NCBI GenBank assembly: GCA_040954595.2
Contig: CM082577.2
Location: 6,845,846-6,909,845, forward strand
Source: Balanoglossus misakiensis
Taxonomy: Eukaryota > Animalia > Hemichordata
DNA length: 64,000 nt
Direction: 5' to 3'
Position 1 is the first letter of the stretch; every line of letters begins with the position of its first letter. The position numbers and the translations under genes were made by a program. Positions 37,201 to 53,115 of the stretch are shown piece by piece. A model generated the notes under the pieces. The model was not told where the DNA came from. It saw only the letters and a list, made by a program, of their open reading frames with translations, and did not search any database.

Positions 37201-40200
37201 TACACCCTGAACTACTGTCTGTTTTTGATGTCCTGACTCCATCTAATGACCCAAAGTTTCACATACGCTGTTTAACTAGTACTATAGTACATGTGTACTG
37301 TAAATACATTTTGTCAGAACTGTACATCTAAAAAAGCTTTGTAATGGTATGCTCCTTCACTACTCATGCAGTCTGACCTAAAACGCACATTTATGATCAG
37401 ATTTTAGAGACTTTTATCCAACAGCTCCATGCAATAGTCATGCTTTTTTCCACTAAGAGCTTTTTTGTGAAAAGTGTTAGCCTTTGGATTTTACATCATC
37501 TGATGCTGTTGGGCTGGATGTACAGATTATCGCTATCTTGAGAAATGGCTGTGACCTTTCATTGACACGTTAATCTGTGCATTCGATCATGTTTGTCCCG
37601 AAGAAATCTCCCAGGAGTGACATTTGCGTTAATGTCTGGATGCGAGAAGTCTTGCAAGAGACACCTTAAAAGAAAAGCACAATCTTTAACAGGACGTTCA
37701 GATGTCAGATGGGCCTGATAGATTCTAGTGGCAGAGATGAACGACTGTCTTATTTAACGAGCAGATTACTATACAACCCGGTCATACTTGATCTCGCTCG
37801 ATCAGCGTCTCTCTTTCTGCGAAACTGATGTATGCGTGCGTGCGTGCCACCAGCGCTTTGCAGGTTATACCTTTGCGTATGATTTATTCACCCGGATCAG
37901 AGGGTATCAGCCATTGCCGGCCGTGATTGCTGTGATAGAAAATACTTTACTGCAGAATGGCACCGTGAGTGATCGCCGAACGTGGATATAAAACATTAAA
38001 AATGTGATAAAGGTGTCGCAAGCAAGGTCCATACACTTTTAATGTATTGTAGCTTAGCTACCTCCATCATCATGAACATCGCCCCAAATAGCCATATTTT
38101 AGCTTGCATGCAGTCAAATGCATATTTTTTTTTCTGTGTAGATATAAAGTTTTTTTTTGCAAACTTGTGTAATTAGAGACCAGCATTGAATGTCAACATA
38201 TTGACAGAAATGTTTAAAAAAATCATGAGCGTTAGTTGGATGTCAAAGTGCAAAAAAAACCCCACTTGAATCAAAATTTAAACGCTTTGGGATTGCAAGA
38301 ATCTCAAGACATGCTGAATTTTTCAGGTTGTCGTTTCAATGATATATTTGTACTGAAAGCCGACATCATCACCGACTTTAATTCCTATCGGCGTTGAGAT
38401 TGTGAACCTATGTTTCGTGACTGGTGCATTGTGTGGAGCAGTTGTGTTGAGACTGCAGCAATGCAATTATTACCTTTGGGGCTATTTCCACCCGACAGTA
38501 GCTATTTCCGTCTGTCACTTTAGAATATGCTGGCGTGTCACAGTGGTAGCTCATCACAGCATTTGACAGGTTGTTGCAGTTAGAATGTGATATGTCAATT
38601 ATTGGAAAAAAAATAATAACCAAATTGACCAATTAGTGACATTCTGTTGTATCGCATGATTATATAAAGCAAGAAAATGTTTTTGATCCTGGTGCGAAAA
38701 AGGGTGACATGTTCAATGTGCTACAAGAGGTGACCGCACAGATAAACATTCCATTGCGTGTTGCAGATTGATAACACAAACAGTAATGGAACACAGCTAG
38801 ACAGCATTGGAGGCAATAATCATACAATTTGATTATATACCGCAGACATGATGCACACAGTGGCACTCACACACAGGCATTCTTACATTGTACATTGTGT
38901 GTGTCATGTCCATGAATGCAGTTTGTATCGCACATGTACATGTATGCCATGTACATATTCAGCTTTCGCCCCGTAGCAGTCAATTAAGTCAGCGTTGTGA
39001 ATATGGTCTAATGAAGTCTGGGCATAAGAATTGACGACGCGATCTTCAGAATCGTCGAGAGGTTGACCAGCCTCTTTTGTCGGGTTGCCTTTCATGATTT
39101 TTGAAGTATATGGACGCCACCTTCTGATGTCGGTTACTTAATTTGTGGACTGTGTAATTTACACAGAACTTCTTTCTGTTGAACCTCAGCATAAAGCAAC
39201 AAGGTGGTTGTCAGTTTGTTTCTAATCGTTTGCTCCAATATCAAGCCCATGCAGATCCCCAATTATCTCATGTGTAGAATTCTGTTTCTAAGACAACGCC
39301 TGGCTGATATGTTTGTACACAACAAAGTGTCATAAATTTCAAATGTATGAGAATTGCTGTTTTGTGACACTTGTAAATTTACTGATGGGGGGGGGGGTGT
39401 GATTTGTAATTTTGGTGAAAAGAAAAATAGTGACTACTGTATTTAATCACTCAGATGCAGTGTTGGCTCTGCGGTTTTGCTACACAGCCGATATAAATAT
39501 TTATGAGGCCTTGTGAAATTCGCCTGATATCAGTGCAATTGGCACTGGGTGAAAATGCAGGTGTTCCGATATGATGATAAATCTATGCTATAATGACCGT
39601 ATTTTTAGTAGGTAGCCTCTATACAATTCTGTGATAACTCAACAAAAATGATGCGACTGTCTGTCAATACAAAAAACGGCAGGCGATTCCTCCTGTGGGT
39701 GGATGACTCGATCTTTTGTCTGCATCCAGTCAATACTTTTTTTGTTATGGCACCCACTGCTTCCTGCATGGGCAAGATTGATTGGCATATACTAGAATTG
39801 CATGCATTTGGGAGGAAATAGAGTACAGAGAACGTACCTTCAGAGAATGGCCCATTTTTTTCTGATTCTCAAAACGATTTTCAAAATTTCAAAATTCCGC
39901 TACATGTTCCTTGTACAGGTACCAGTATTCCTATGCCCACAGCCATAGACGGGACGATACCCACCCTTCGAAAGCTGTCTATTTGTATTGTGTTGCTTGA
40001 TGGCAGAAGGTACACTTTACTGTTCTCTTGCCAAAAATCAACAGATTTTTTTAACAGAATGTAGGCCTGGCCTACATGTGTGTGGTCTTGTGTAAATGTT
40101 TCCTTTTCAACAATTAGTAATCTGGGATATTGATCTTGTTGTGAAATACTAGATGTATGTGATTTCTGTACATTTTATTGTTGTTCATCTCATCTCAACG

Positions 40201-43200
40201 CTGCCTGTAAAGTACTACTGCAGCTTTTGTAACCGTGTCGAGATGACTGATCTATTTTGTCAGAGAACAAGTGGGCTTTGTTGGCAAATGCCAGTCTGCA
40301 AGTCTGCTTTCCTTTAACGTTTGAATGGAGATTTCAAAGTCAAAGAAACGCATATCCATCTTGAAAATTAAGGTGTTACACTTTTGTGCTTGCTTGCCCA
40401 AGTACATTTTGATACTTTCCCTTTTTTTAATCAGGCACATAAATAAAAGGTCACAAAAGCAGATCTTTTGATTAGGTAAAAAGTTCATTTACTGAATTCG
40501 AATGTCTGATAATTATTATAATTATTCTGTGTTTAGGAACATAGTTTGAACGATTCTAATGGTTGTTGGTTTGACATGGTTTCAGGGAACGCCCTATTGA
40601 TTTCTGAATATTTCTGAAATTGATTTTACAAATTTGAATATATGGCATACAATAAAAAAAATAAAGGAATATTTCAGACAATGTGTCTGTCTGAGGCACA
40701 AATCTATATTAGTTGTTGATAAAGGTCTGACAATTCTGCAGTCTTCGATAAATGTGATTCTCTCAAAGAAATGAATCAGACAGCACGTGTAGCTATGTGA
40801 CATTTCACGACATGAGAGGAATTTGTCAAAAGGAAAATCCTTGTGATTCTGATTCAAAAGAAATCCCTCCAGAGAAATACCAAACTTAAAGACATACTCT
40901 GCGAGCAGTTCGGATTTCCATGGAAACACGGTGATATGTGTGCACGTACGTAATATCTGAGGTTTTTGTATCAGTAAATACCATAAAAACTCTATTTATT
41001 AAATTGCACTCATTTTTGCCATAAACTGCTATATCTTTCTTGCTTAAAATCCAACCACAAGCTTTGAATCCTGGATGACCTTCCTTATCATAGAAAACTG
41101 TAAGAAGATGAAAGTTGTTTTGTGTGTGAATGGATTTTTTTCCCATTTCAAGTTCAGAAAATTTATCAGCGTTTCAGAAGCATATACGCCGACAGGTCAT
41201 CCCTAGTACGGTTCTCAGGGATGGAAGCGGCACCAGATTCAATCTCATTTTCAAGTTCCCATCAGACAAATTCTAGTAAAATCAAGTGCCACCTTATTTC
41301 ATAATCCGTGTCAGGATAAGAGTCAATTATTTAGAGATGATTTGCTGAACTGTGGGAATTGTCTCCATCGACAGGATTAGAATTTGAAAGATCTCACAGT
41401 GTATCGGACTGAGTCAGTGTGCTTGGGGGAATTCCACACAAAGTGTTATAAATAATGCCAGACAGGAAAGTACACGCAACACACTGTTGTAAATGCCTGG
41501 ATAATGTACTGCTGTAGACCGTAGTTATTTATTTGTGGTGTGAAACATTGTGTATCCACTTCGTATCAATATCATACAGAATCAGCAATGCTGTTGGAGT
41601 CAGTTCTGATTGGCATGAGTGTTACCAGTGCTGAAATTGTGGTCTTTTAAAGTGTCACAGTGCTTATTATCTTTGGTGTATTGTTTTCACTCATATACAC
41701 CACACTTGGTTTGGAAATCAAAGTATCCAAAGTAAAGTATAATGGAGCAGCGATGTAATAATTATTGTAGATGAATAGAAATATGGCAGACTCCTAGATG
41801 CTGTAAAAACTCTTGGAAATTTCTGGCTAAATATGAATATGAATGAGGTAAAATAACGTAAAATTGAAAGCCATCTTCAATGGTAGAAGGACCGTCCTAT
41901 GACTGACAGTGAATATACTTGTGCTTAAACTGTATTGTACTGCACTGACTGCACTGTACCTGACAAGCAAGTGTACTTGATATGATGTCATGGCCAGATA
42001 TAGCTGATAGTAATTATCTCATATTGCATCCAATATACTGCAATTGTCTTTGATCAATTTTTTGTAAACCACCTGAGGGATTAACCATCCATTTCTATCG
42101 TTCCTACTTCATCAGGAGATTAATTGTCTTCCACAAAAGTCATGCAGCATTCTGTGAAGGTCATCTTGGAGTCATCCAGATGTTCATATTTAACTCATCA
42201 AATCCATCTAATTAAAGTTTTGTGTGCTGGCTTTTGCGTACTTCGATCCTGCAAGCAAACAATTACATACAGTACATATATAGCTTGAACCTAGCATGTA
42301 TGCCAGCACTCAGCTTGTATAGTCCTATATATAGCGGTTTCCTTCAGCCCATTTTGTCAATTACTCTGCCCGCATTTTCTTAGCACAAATGCTGGCATTT
42401 TAATGTGAGAATTTCAAAAGTCTGCCGTCCAACAATGGCACATCTGTGTGAAGTCACTACTCCAAATGCCAGCACTGTGCTGAGCTTGGTGAGAGCTGAA
42501 GTAATGCTTTTACGTAATTGTCCTAATGTGATGCTGAAAACTGCTGTCATGCTGTTAGCATTTTGCTATATCTCTACTGAGTATTTTCTAATACCACAAC
42601 ACGAAATATCATGCAGAGATTTACAGATTGTCTGAACGTCGTAAATCCTTGAATCCACATAATGTAGCTTAAAATGACCCAGGCTTGTTTTCTCAATGTG
42701 TCACAGGCAGATGTAACCAAGTACTTCTGGCCTACAAAATTAGATTTCAGACCATTCAACCAATTTCCCCCAGAGTTTGTGCATTCATGCAATTTAAAAA
42801 ACAACGGCTTCAATGAATCGTTTGAGGTCTCTGGTTAAGGGGGTCGCATCTTTGCACAAGATGTTGTCAGCTTGCCAATGTGCCCGATATCGGCTGATTG
42901 CCGGCTGAGTAGGATAATGGAGAGAAAAAAGGAGAGAGACTAAAGGCTTTACTGATTTCTGCCGCCGTGTACTGTAAATGACTGCAGGGTATACTAAGCA
43001 ATCAGTGAGATATGCGGTTGCCAAATGTCAAGCACCAGCCGAGAAGTACCTGATTACAAAACACTGTGTATCATATTATGCCGGTGCTGACAAATTGTGA
43101 TAAAACGAGAAGGATAGCTCAGCCTTCCATAATTTATTGTCGTAATTACGTTCTTCGTTTACCTGGTTTACATGCAGTCTGAAGGCATTAATATTCGTCA

Positions 43201-46200
43201 TTGATTTTATTTTCTAATGTTGCTATTGATATGGCTTTATTCTCATTCCCATGTGCATTGGTATGCACTGGATAAATAGCAAGAATTGTGCGAGAATATT
43301 TGTGGAAGGTATGGCTTGCATAAATTAGGAAAATTTGCATAATTAAGTATATTCATGTGTTATATATCAAACATATGACTCAATGAATTTTGATGAAGCT
43401 TGAAAGAAAGATATGAATGTATGGTAAAATAGCCAAGAGAAATCACCTACTGATCCCTCAAACTCTCATTTTTTTAAGTAGCTTGATGTTTTTGTACTAT
43501 TAGAAAATTTAGACACGTTTGACAGACATCATTTGAGATCTGTAGTTGCAAGAATGTAGTTACCGTAGTAATGTGTTTGTGCAGCGCATGTCAACTCTTA
43601 AATCAGCACAATTTTTACAGTTTTACAGTACAAATTTGCTTATTTTATAATTTTGATGCGGTTATCATCTTCAAATTATCCAAATTACTCTTCTCCATTA
43701 AGATGCAGATGGGCTTAAATTAAAAATGACAATTAGCGCAGCAAATGCTTTGAGACCAAAAAGTGGCCAGTGTGTTGCGCGAGCATCGCATCCGCAGCTG
43801 AAAGTTCTAATTGCTGCAGCTGTGAAGCATTTCAGCCAGTAATAATGATTTCCTGTATTGCAGATGTTAACGTATCTTATTTCCTCAATCCGGGACGATC
43901 AAATCTCCATTAGCGCGGCAACAGGCTCCCTCCTAATAGTCGTTAGTTCCTCAGTAAGAGACGACTAATGCCACAGGTGAAAAACGTAACGACTTGATTG
44001 TCGAGTCGCCCCGAGCGCGTGCCGTGTACACTGGGAGTTGATTAACAGCTTCACGGCGAGCATTTTCTGATATATCCTCGTAGTTCACCTGATACATTTG
44101 TGATGAAAGTGAAGCTAGAGAAAACGTTGTGTGGAATTGTAAGTGAGAAGAAAACCTTTGGCCATATACCGTACGTTGTATCGTATGATCCCTTAATTCG
44201 GTAAGCTCTTTTCTCTAACTCTTTGTCCGGTATTTGCTGCCTGTCACTGAGTAGACCATTCATGTTGAAATTTTCTTGTTCCATTAAAAATGTATGATGA
44301 CATTAGATGTTGATGTTTCATTGTAAATGGATTGTTTAATTTTGTTAGTATGGACACAATTTTAGGCAGGTTTGACTTTTACAATTCATTTCTCTACTGG
44401 AGTATAGTATTAAACAGAAATGTCTGACCTTTTAATCATAATCCAAGAAAAAAGTATTGAGTGCACTCAAGAGGTTATGTATATTAACTGACGGACAGGA
44501 TGAACATTGTATTAGACTGGTCAACTGTGGCCCATTGCAATAATTGCTTGGTGATTTCTACTACTGTTAAACATTGCCCTCCTCTTCTGTGTGCGTACCC
44601 ATGTATAATATAAATCAATCTTCATGAGTAACGAACTGCAGGCAACAATACTTCACCCAAGCGACTACATTCTGAAATAAAGCGAATTTGCATATAAATC
44701 TGCTGATAATTGTTCCATCGGATGTTCAAAACAACAATATATACTGGCGTCAGTGTATTTTTTTATTAATTTTGGGGAGGCAACAACTTGCGTTGAAAAA
44801 AATGAAGACTTAATAAATGCCAATTGATTCTCGTCGACCGGTGTGTGTACAGTGAGTATTAATGTGAAGCAGCTCTGTAGTGCGAGACGAGAGATTGCAA
44901 TTTATCTTTCCACCGAGGATTCTGGCTGCTTTTTTAATGTCTCGTCTCAGCAACAGTAATTGACTGCTGGAACGTTGTAGCCAAGGAGACTCCTGCGGCT
45001 GGGATTAGTCTGTGGAGAGACGGCATCGCAATCTGGCTGGCCTCGCGCACTGTACGCGGGCAGTACATTTCGTCGCAACGACATCCGTTCCTTCACGATC
45101 AGTCCGTATTTTATCGCGAGGTGAGGATATACCACGGAATCAACGCGCCCCGCGAATGTCAGTATATCTGCGTTGACCAAGACCATGGAAGATTTCGTCG
45201 AAATTCATGCCCGCCTGGTTTCACTTAAAGTTACATGAGGCTTGACAGGTAGAGAGTACATCTTTCTATGCAACATCTATTTTTTTTATTTATTGAAATT
45301 CTTGCAGAGCGGAAATGCACATTAGACACGGGTTGATACTTTGACATTTTGTGTTGGATATGTGTTGTTATCTGTGATAGCTTTTTCTTGTCGTTTTAAT
45401 GACGAGATTTCGCACACAGTACTCAGTCTGATTTTCAATGTTTATGAAGTGACTTCGCATGAATGTTCGACAACATTTTTCAGCATCAAAGTTTAAGACA
45501 TATACATTGTATTGTATATCTCACATCCTGTATCTTATTCCTTTAGCGGCGACCTCCGCGGAAAATCAATAATCAATAATCGTATCAAATGCAAAACTAA
45601 GGCCATTATAAAGTGCATTTTTGTTCACTTCTGAAGGCAAAAAACCTACACATCAATAAAGCTACCGTGGTCAATAATTCATTGAGTGGTTTGTGTGAAT
45701 TCTACAAACAATTATCAACCTACGCGACTGTGTGCTTATAGCTGCGTGCACATCGCTGCTTCTGAATACGGGAAAGCGGGGTTTAATGTTTAAACAAAAA
45801 ATAATTCTGTACACTCCGGATCCTATAAGATTTTGCTTGCAGTGAGCATTAATTAGGCGGAAGACATTGATTATCTCTGCCTCATTGTGTTCAGTATCAC
45901 TGACAGTTACATACAATGCAGATCCTTGGGTAAGGCATTTTTTCTCAATTTTGTTTATCTAAGCTGCGTTGCATATATCGAACACAAATACCTCAGAATT
46001 CAGCCAAAGGGAAATGAGGTCATATTCTTTTTAAGTAAAATTTTTGAAAATCAGATTCTTATATTTTCAATAGCACATTAAATACTATAAAGTTTACGCA
46101 AAACACATTGACATGCTAAAAATGGTAGAATAGCCTTTTGTAGACATTATCGCTCTCATAAAAGTTTTACAGCTGATAATACATGTACATGTTTCCACGT

Positions 46201-46750
46201 TGTCGTTATAGTCCAGTAAAGTTTCATTTGCAATATGTCGAAATCATTAGCCAAACAGCCAGTCATTCAGTGAGATATGGCTGATGTGTTTGTCAGAGTA
46301 ATAAAATTAAGCTGACTAGAGCTGACAGAAATCAACGTGAATCCTCCTGAGACCACAGCTGATGACAGTGTTATAATAATGTTAGTGAACGCGCTGACTG
46401 GAATGAAAGTGACACTCGTTTCAGAGAAAACGATTATCTTCAAAGTTGTTTGCAACTGAATTATTTATTATTTCTCTGCTCACCGTGTCTGGATATTGTG
46501 TCACTCGTTCACATCACTATTATCGGTTATCTGCTGCAGATTGACAGTTTGAAGATACCGAAAGACATTCTCCCATTGACTTCTCTGTATCAGTGCTAAC
46601 ATGTATCTGTGAGGTTTTCACCAAATTCTATTCGTTGCTGGATGCAACTTTCTTGGATTCTCTGTAAGAAGAAGATTCACCATCTACAATTACTCACACT
46701 TAGGGTTTTAAAGTGGGAGGGTCGTCTGAAATGCTCATGTGCAACTTTTC

Positions 46751-46782
46751 TGTTTGTTTGTTTGTTTGTTTGTTTGTTTGTT
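46751..46782. repeat. (TGTT)n microsatellite
   Basis: Directly visible, about 8 units. Confidence 0.95.
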
Positions 46783-49700
46783 AACATATCATCAACATAG
46801 TTCCCACTATTCAGGGAGACCATCCAACCAATACATGTTATCAAATAAAATTGGAAATGTGATAAAAAGTAATTGTTTGCCATGATGTAATACAGAGTAA
46901 CAACACATTGTGTGCAATGATGCATTTGCAGTAATTACACTACTTTGAATTGCTAGCAACTGTCATATGGGACCCATGCCTGCCTTGACACAGAAGGCAC
47001 GACCCCCACCCTTTTAAATATCCCAATACACCAAGACCTGTCATTGGCACAGATCACAGAATTACTCTGTAATTATACCTTGGCTCCCTGCTGAGCTGGG
47101 TTTCATTTTTATCCGAATTCTGTAAATGTAGAAAATTATAAAGTTATTAAGATGGATATTTGAGGTGATTGTTTGATCTCTGTTTAATCTCAGCTCCCCG
47201 GTTCAGTGTAAACAACTGGCAGATTAGTCATTACCAGCTCTGTGAGGGGGCCGAGTAAAATCAATATCTGCAAATTATAGCTTTTGTTGAAATCCCATCC
47301 GAGTGATTATCTGTGTACATGTACAGTACATCTCTATGAATAAAAGATTATGGCTTCTATAACTGTATGGCTTGGATTTTTGATCAGGTGTAATTACAAA
47401 TTTTGCGAATAAAGCAATAATGGTAAGAAGACAGTCTGTTACAATGTAAGTTTCCTCTTTCATAAAACTGTAAGTCATGTAGTAAAGTTAAGAACGTTGA
47501 ACGTTTATTTGATGGAAAGCCTTTGTTTTCGATTGAAATTATAAAGATGAAGCTGATAGGAAATTTGGTGCGCCTTTAATGAAGTTAAAATTTGAAAGCG
47601 TAGAAACGATTCAGGTTTCCATATTTACATAAAACACTTGAATTTTCCATGCAAAACAAAACCTTTGCGAGAAAAGACTGTTGACTATTTAAAATTAAAA
47701 TGTTCAGCCCAAAATATGTTAATTTGGCCCAACTAGCGAAGGGTTGAGATCTCTCTCTATATCGCATAAATCAATTTGACGACAGGCAGAACTGCAATTT
47801 AAAGTCACATTACCAGGGGTTTTATGGTGGCTTAATGTTCACATCCCTGTCATTAACTGGCTTTTACTGGGAAAAGGAACATGCCTAAAGTCTCTGAGTT
47901 GCGAGAGCTAACAGAGCTGAAAATTGAATCGCCTGTTACCGAGTTAGTTTATAATGCTCTTTTGCTCCACTTCGAACAGTTGTTAAATTTTCATGGTGAA
48001 TGGAACTTCAGATATATTGCTTTATCTAACGTTTTAACACAGGAAGCTGATGGTCCGTGTGCTGAAATGTGCTGTTATTACTGATTGTCTTGCACCTGAC
48101 TTGTATCTACAATTGAGTGTCCTGATGTTATAATTTCAGCATCTTATCATATATTGTCATGAGAGAGTTTATTTTTTACGTCACATGTATTTGGTTACTT
48201 TGAATTTTTAATTCCTAGATTTATTCCTCAATTATCTCATACATGTGATGCTAAAATTTGCCTTGTAGAGTGGATTTGATCATTGTGAGAATAATTATAA
48301 CTTAGTGTATGGCACACTTTAATGTACCGGTTCTTCTCAAATGGGAGCACAGTGCCTGTGATGCTAGTTTGGATTTTCTTCTTGCTGTTGAAAGTATCAA
48401 CCTTTAAGCTAATTACAGTCTCAAGGGTAAAACTTTAAATTTGCTGGGGCTGCGTCACCCATCTGCAAGTGCAACCAACCGAAAAGTGATGGGTGATTTC
48501 ATCCCACCATGAATTTGTGCTCAATTGCTTTGTCCCAGCATGGTGTCAAACATTTCTGACAATTCACATTTACCTCCAGGCACATGGCTCTTAATTCGCA
48601 ACAAATTCACGTCGTTGGCTCGCAGCGGTCCGACGTTAACAGGCCTCTCTGCCATTTGGTGATTTCGAAATATGCCAAGCTTTTGATAGACCTGCGTTCA
48701 GTCTCAGGCACGAAGCAGGAAGTTTTCCACTTATTTACCTGAGTCGTGAATCGGCAAATACAGATGCAGGTATGAGGAAGTGACATACAGACCCTACCAC
48801 TCCATGCAAATTTTATATCCTTCGGAAATAAAACCCCATGTGTAAAAGTCGTTGATGTGACATGCAGTTGATTTGTCACGTTGCCTGAGCCCGCTAGTGA
48901 AAACCATCAACCATTAATAACAGCATGTGATGCGGTGAAATTAGCTGACTTTGTTTTTACCCCGAACAGTGGCGAATAAAGTTCAAACCCTCAAGTCAAG
49001 TTGTCACATGTAGCAGTGTTTTAGTTCACTGTTCAAGCATGAAATCCAATGACCAGGCTATGCTCCAAACAGAGCTTTTTTGTCGTAAATTACCAGTACG
49101 AAATAAATCATTCACATGCAAATATGTACTGTAAAAAAAGTGATGCAATTTCCGTGGGAATTACTACTGATGATATTTTACTATATTTGCCAGAGATGTT
49201 TAATATTTGATACTTTATACTTAGTGCATACTTCCTCATTAAATGAAAATCTATCTAGGAAGGTGTGAGTGTTTGCATTTGATTTTACCGGTAAGTATTA
49301 AAACTGCATTGTTTGTTATCGTAAATTATGAATATACTGAAACAGTTCACACTAGAGGTATCACTTTGTTCAGAAAGTGAATCTACGAGCTTGGCAATCT
49401 GCTGAAGAAAATCGAGTCAGATTGGCAATTAGGGGGACCCTTAACTTTGATGTGATCTTTGCTACAATAATTAATATTCACAAAAGTGAACTGTGAGATA
49501 CATTCATGTGTGGTGGCTTGGTGGAGCGTGGGTTTTAAAACTTTGAGTATTGTGTCAGTGATGATCGAACAACGTGGCGATTCAGGCCACGTGGGCTGTC
49601 TTCCCTAGAGGACTTCACTCCCTTTAGGTGGGTGTGATTATTTAAAGCGAGTGGGATGATAGGAAAATTCGTGCTGGCAAGTTTTCTTTATAGGTTTCCT

Positions 49701-52700
49701 GTTGTGCATAGACACACGTTCAGGTGAGACACTGCTGCAAGTGAAACTGAATCGTTTCAAGACTCAGTACGCTAAAAACTATAAACACTGGGACTGTGAA
49801 GCATCATTGTGTTATCGATTCTCCACTCTGAAGGTGACCTTGCGGTGTGGCTGCCAGGTTGTTGCTACCGACAACTAAACAACATCTGATCGCAGCTGGA
49901 GCGCGGGAAGTGTGGGCAGCTGGTAAGGCCACATCTGTGCAAGTTTGCATGCTGTCTTGGTTGATTCCATTTTTGGCAAAGTTTTTGAACCACCATGATG
50001 CTGTCTTCACGTTGTGGAATGGTGAAGATAGAATTGTTAATTTCTCAGTGACTTAGTGAGACAAGGTTACTAACTGTATGACATGAGACCACTCTGTTAC
50101 TTCAACTTTTTTAATTTTCAAACTGACCAAAAATGAAATGTCTAAAGATAGCAATTTTTTCTCTTTGAGATGTTTGAACTTATCCGGCATGATTTGTTCC
50201 CTCTATATGCACGTGAGTTCTAATGTGACTTAATTTTCATGGCAGTTTTGCGTACAGTAAACTCTTTCCATTCCAGGTATTTATTTCCAGTGCTTGCATT
50301 CAGGTTGAAGTGAAATTTTCACCATTGATGGAGAAAAATTTCAAATTACATGGTGGAAACCCAGCAATGACTTCAAAGCGGCGTACTAGTCTTGGGGGAA
50401 AAAAATTGGCAATTGGCCCATGAAAGGGGTCATGTGATTTTGGGTCGAGTTCTGCGGGAACCGTCCACTGCCACAGGAGAACTTTTCAAGTAAAATTGCA
50501 ATACTACAGAAAATAAAATGCATCAGCTGCTTTCCCCATGTGGGTGAATGCCAGAAAATGATGGATGCCCAAGCCATAATCGTCCACAGAGAATTATATA
50601 TCTCCAACTTCAATTTCACAAGAAGCCAGTCGGCGCGTTAACTGGAAAAACCGTGAATTGCATGGTCCAAGTGGAAGTAATTGAGAGAGATATGTTATCG
50701 CAGAAAGTACGTGCCATTGGACACAAGGAACGACTCATGCATGGTTTAATTACACCTCCACACGATATTAATTGCCCAGTTTAATGATTGCCTTGTAACA
50801 AACTGATCGCCTTCCATTGAAAATATTTGACTTGTGTAACACAGTGTTGAATTTTATCACACAGTTCGTGTACAAGCTTAGTTCGATTTCATGACATATT
50901 TGCGGGGTTACAGCATTATACATATATGCTGGAACCTGTAATTAAGAATGAGGCGTGATATCCGAGCTCCCCGATGACGCACATTGCATTCTTTAAAAGG
51001 AAGTGTGACAATTGTTCGAAGACAATTTTTCTCCAGCTCTGCAGTTTCTTGGCATTTGGAGAAAACGGACTCTTTGATTTGTGATTTTTTTTTCTTATCT
51101 TCTGTTGCATATGATCTCTATAAGTCATAATTGTTACCCCCATGACTATTGGTTACTTGAACAGCAATAGAGATATCAGTCAAAAAGGGATCTGTCTATA
51201 TATAGAAAAAGATCAAATGTATATTGAGTTGGGAAATACTATCAAAAGGTCTGTCTAGTTTCTTCCTCAATTGCATGACGTCTTCAATGTTTAGTCCTGT
51301 CAATCATCCGCACTGCGATTACTCTCACTTTGAGTGCTTGCTGGACCTTTCTTTGCAGCATGAGCAGTGCATTTATACAAGTTCTGAGCAAAACAGACCA
51401 TGCAATCTTTAATGCAACGATATATTATTGATCTGTGCAGTCATAATAATAATTCTGTGTACATGTATGTATGTCCTTTCTTGGTAGACGCGGACTGCCA
51501 TTTTGTACCGAACAAAGCACTGACTGTGTATATAAATGAAAGACAGAAAAAATGTCTTTTGGTTTTTATAATATTACTTTCTTCATTTCCAATCACATAA
51601 CGATCAATTTTGCTGAATGTTGTGCAAATGCAAACATCGTCCAACATTACAAATATGGTACATGTGGTGTTACTCTTGAAAGTAAAATTCTTCTTTTAGT
51701 CACTTGGACCAGTATTTTTTTTCTGCCTCTGTGTGAGTGTGGTGTGCTATATATATGGCTTAGCTTCTGTGGAGAGAGAATTAACACATCGAAATGTCAT
51801 CTCAGAGGTGGCTAGCTAGTGTTAGTGCATGTTGTGTAATGCCTGAATGAATATGACAACCGCGTTGCCGGGAGATCATAGTGCAAGGCATGCAGATGGT
51901 AGAATTGACATTTTCTCGGAAAATGTTTGCAGGGGCTTTACGTGGTCTCTCGGTTGACCTGCAGATTAATGCATGCAGATTTGGGTATGAGAAAACCTCT
52001 TGGAAGTAAGGTCCTGCCAATCACATGGACACAACCTTTTCCGAAAAGTTGCGGATGACTGCAGCTATATGGTGGGAAATGCAAAGCGACAAACACTTAA
52101 AAAGCGACACCAAATCCATCAACTGTCATGATCTCTGACACTGATTATTCTGATCCAGGAATTTCAGCTTCCCCCATTTACACAGTTCAGTGACGTCTTA
52201 GTCAGGAAACAGGGTCGTCAAGTAAGCCCAGGTGAGAAGACCAGGAATATGTCCCAATGACACAGAAACCGTCTTCAACTTTTAGCACGAGACATCACCG
52301 AGCAACAGCTGAATAGACAGATTACAAATTTGTTCATGTTTGAAGAATATTGACAGAAAACCACTTAACATATATCGCACATCATTAGTATTGCTGACAT
52401 GCACATCATAATTGGCCAACGTTGACATTTTGTTATCGCGGTGTGTGTGCCTGGTGCATTCTGGGACACATTTCAGATATTGGACTATTGACTGAGACAC
52501 TTTTGTAAAGCATGCGTGTACAGACACAATAACTGTCTAAGGAGTGAAACTGTGATCGCATTGTACTCTTAAAAACGGCTCTATTCTTCATAACTACATG
52601 TAGTGCAACTCACAGTGGGAAAGAGATGAGAGGAGGACTACAAGAGGTGGTGGTTCCCATGGCAACTTACGCAGGCCAACCTAACGAATCTTGAGATGTG

Positions 52701-53115
52701 ATTGTGGAAGTCATAATTACAACTGCTGGGATGGCCACTGTGATTTCCTTTTGCAAATGTGTGGAAAATATGAGATCTTTTCATAGACAGACTGAAATTT
52801 GATTTGGTCTTTAATAATGAAAACAAAAACCTGGCAATTTGAGTTTGGTTGTAATTTTAGTCAAATATCCCTGGCAGATAGGGTAATCTTAAAAAAATAT
52901 ACATATATTATGTTGTATTAGCTGAAACCTGCACATTGCCTAGTGGGTTGTAAATAATATGCACAATCACTTTGATTTTCAGTTCTTTGTAAATTTCAGT
53001 CAGAAGTATGCAAACTTAATTCTTACATTGCTTTTTTTATCTCTCTGTTACAGGTGTAATTTATTTTGATAAGCTGAAACTAAAATATCGGAGAAGAAGC
53101 ACTTCACACTCAACC

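Noticed and set aside
23026-52826. Many 60-160 aa ORFs in the gene desert, including CpG-rich 38904-39095 and 44947-45186
   Set aside because: No recognisable domains or chains of in-phase splice sites; consistent with chance, although small nested exons cannot be excluded.
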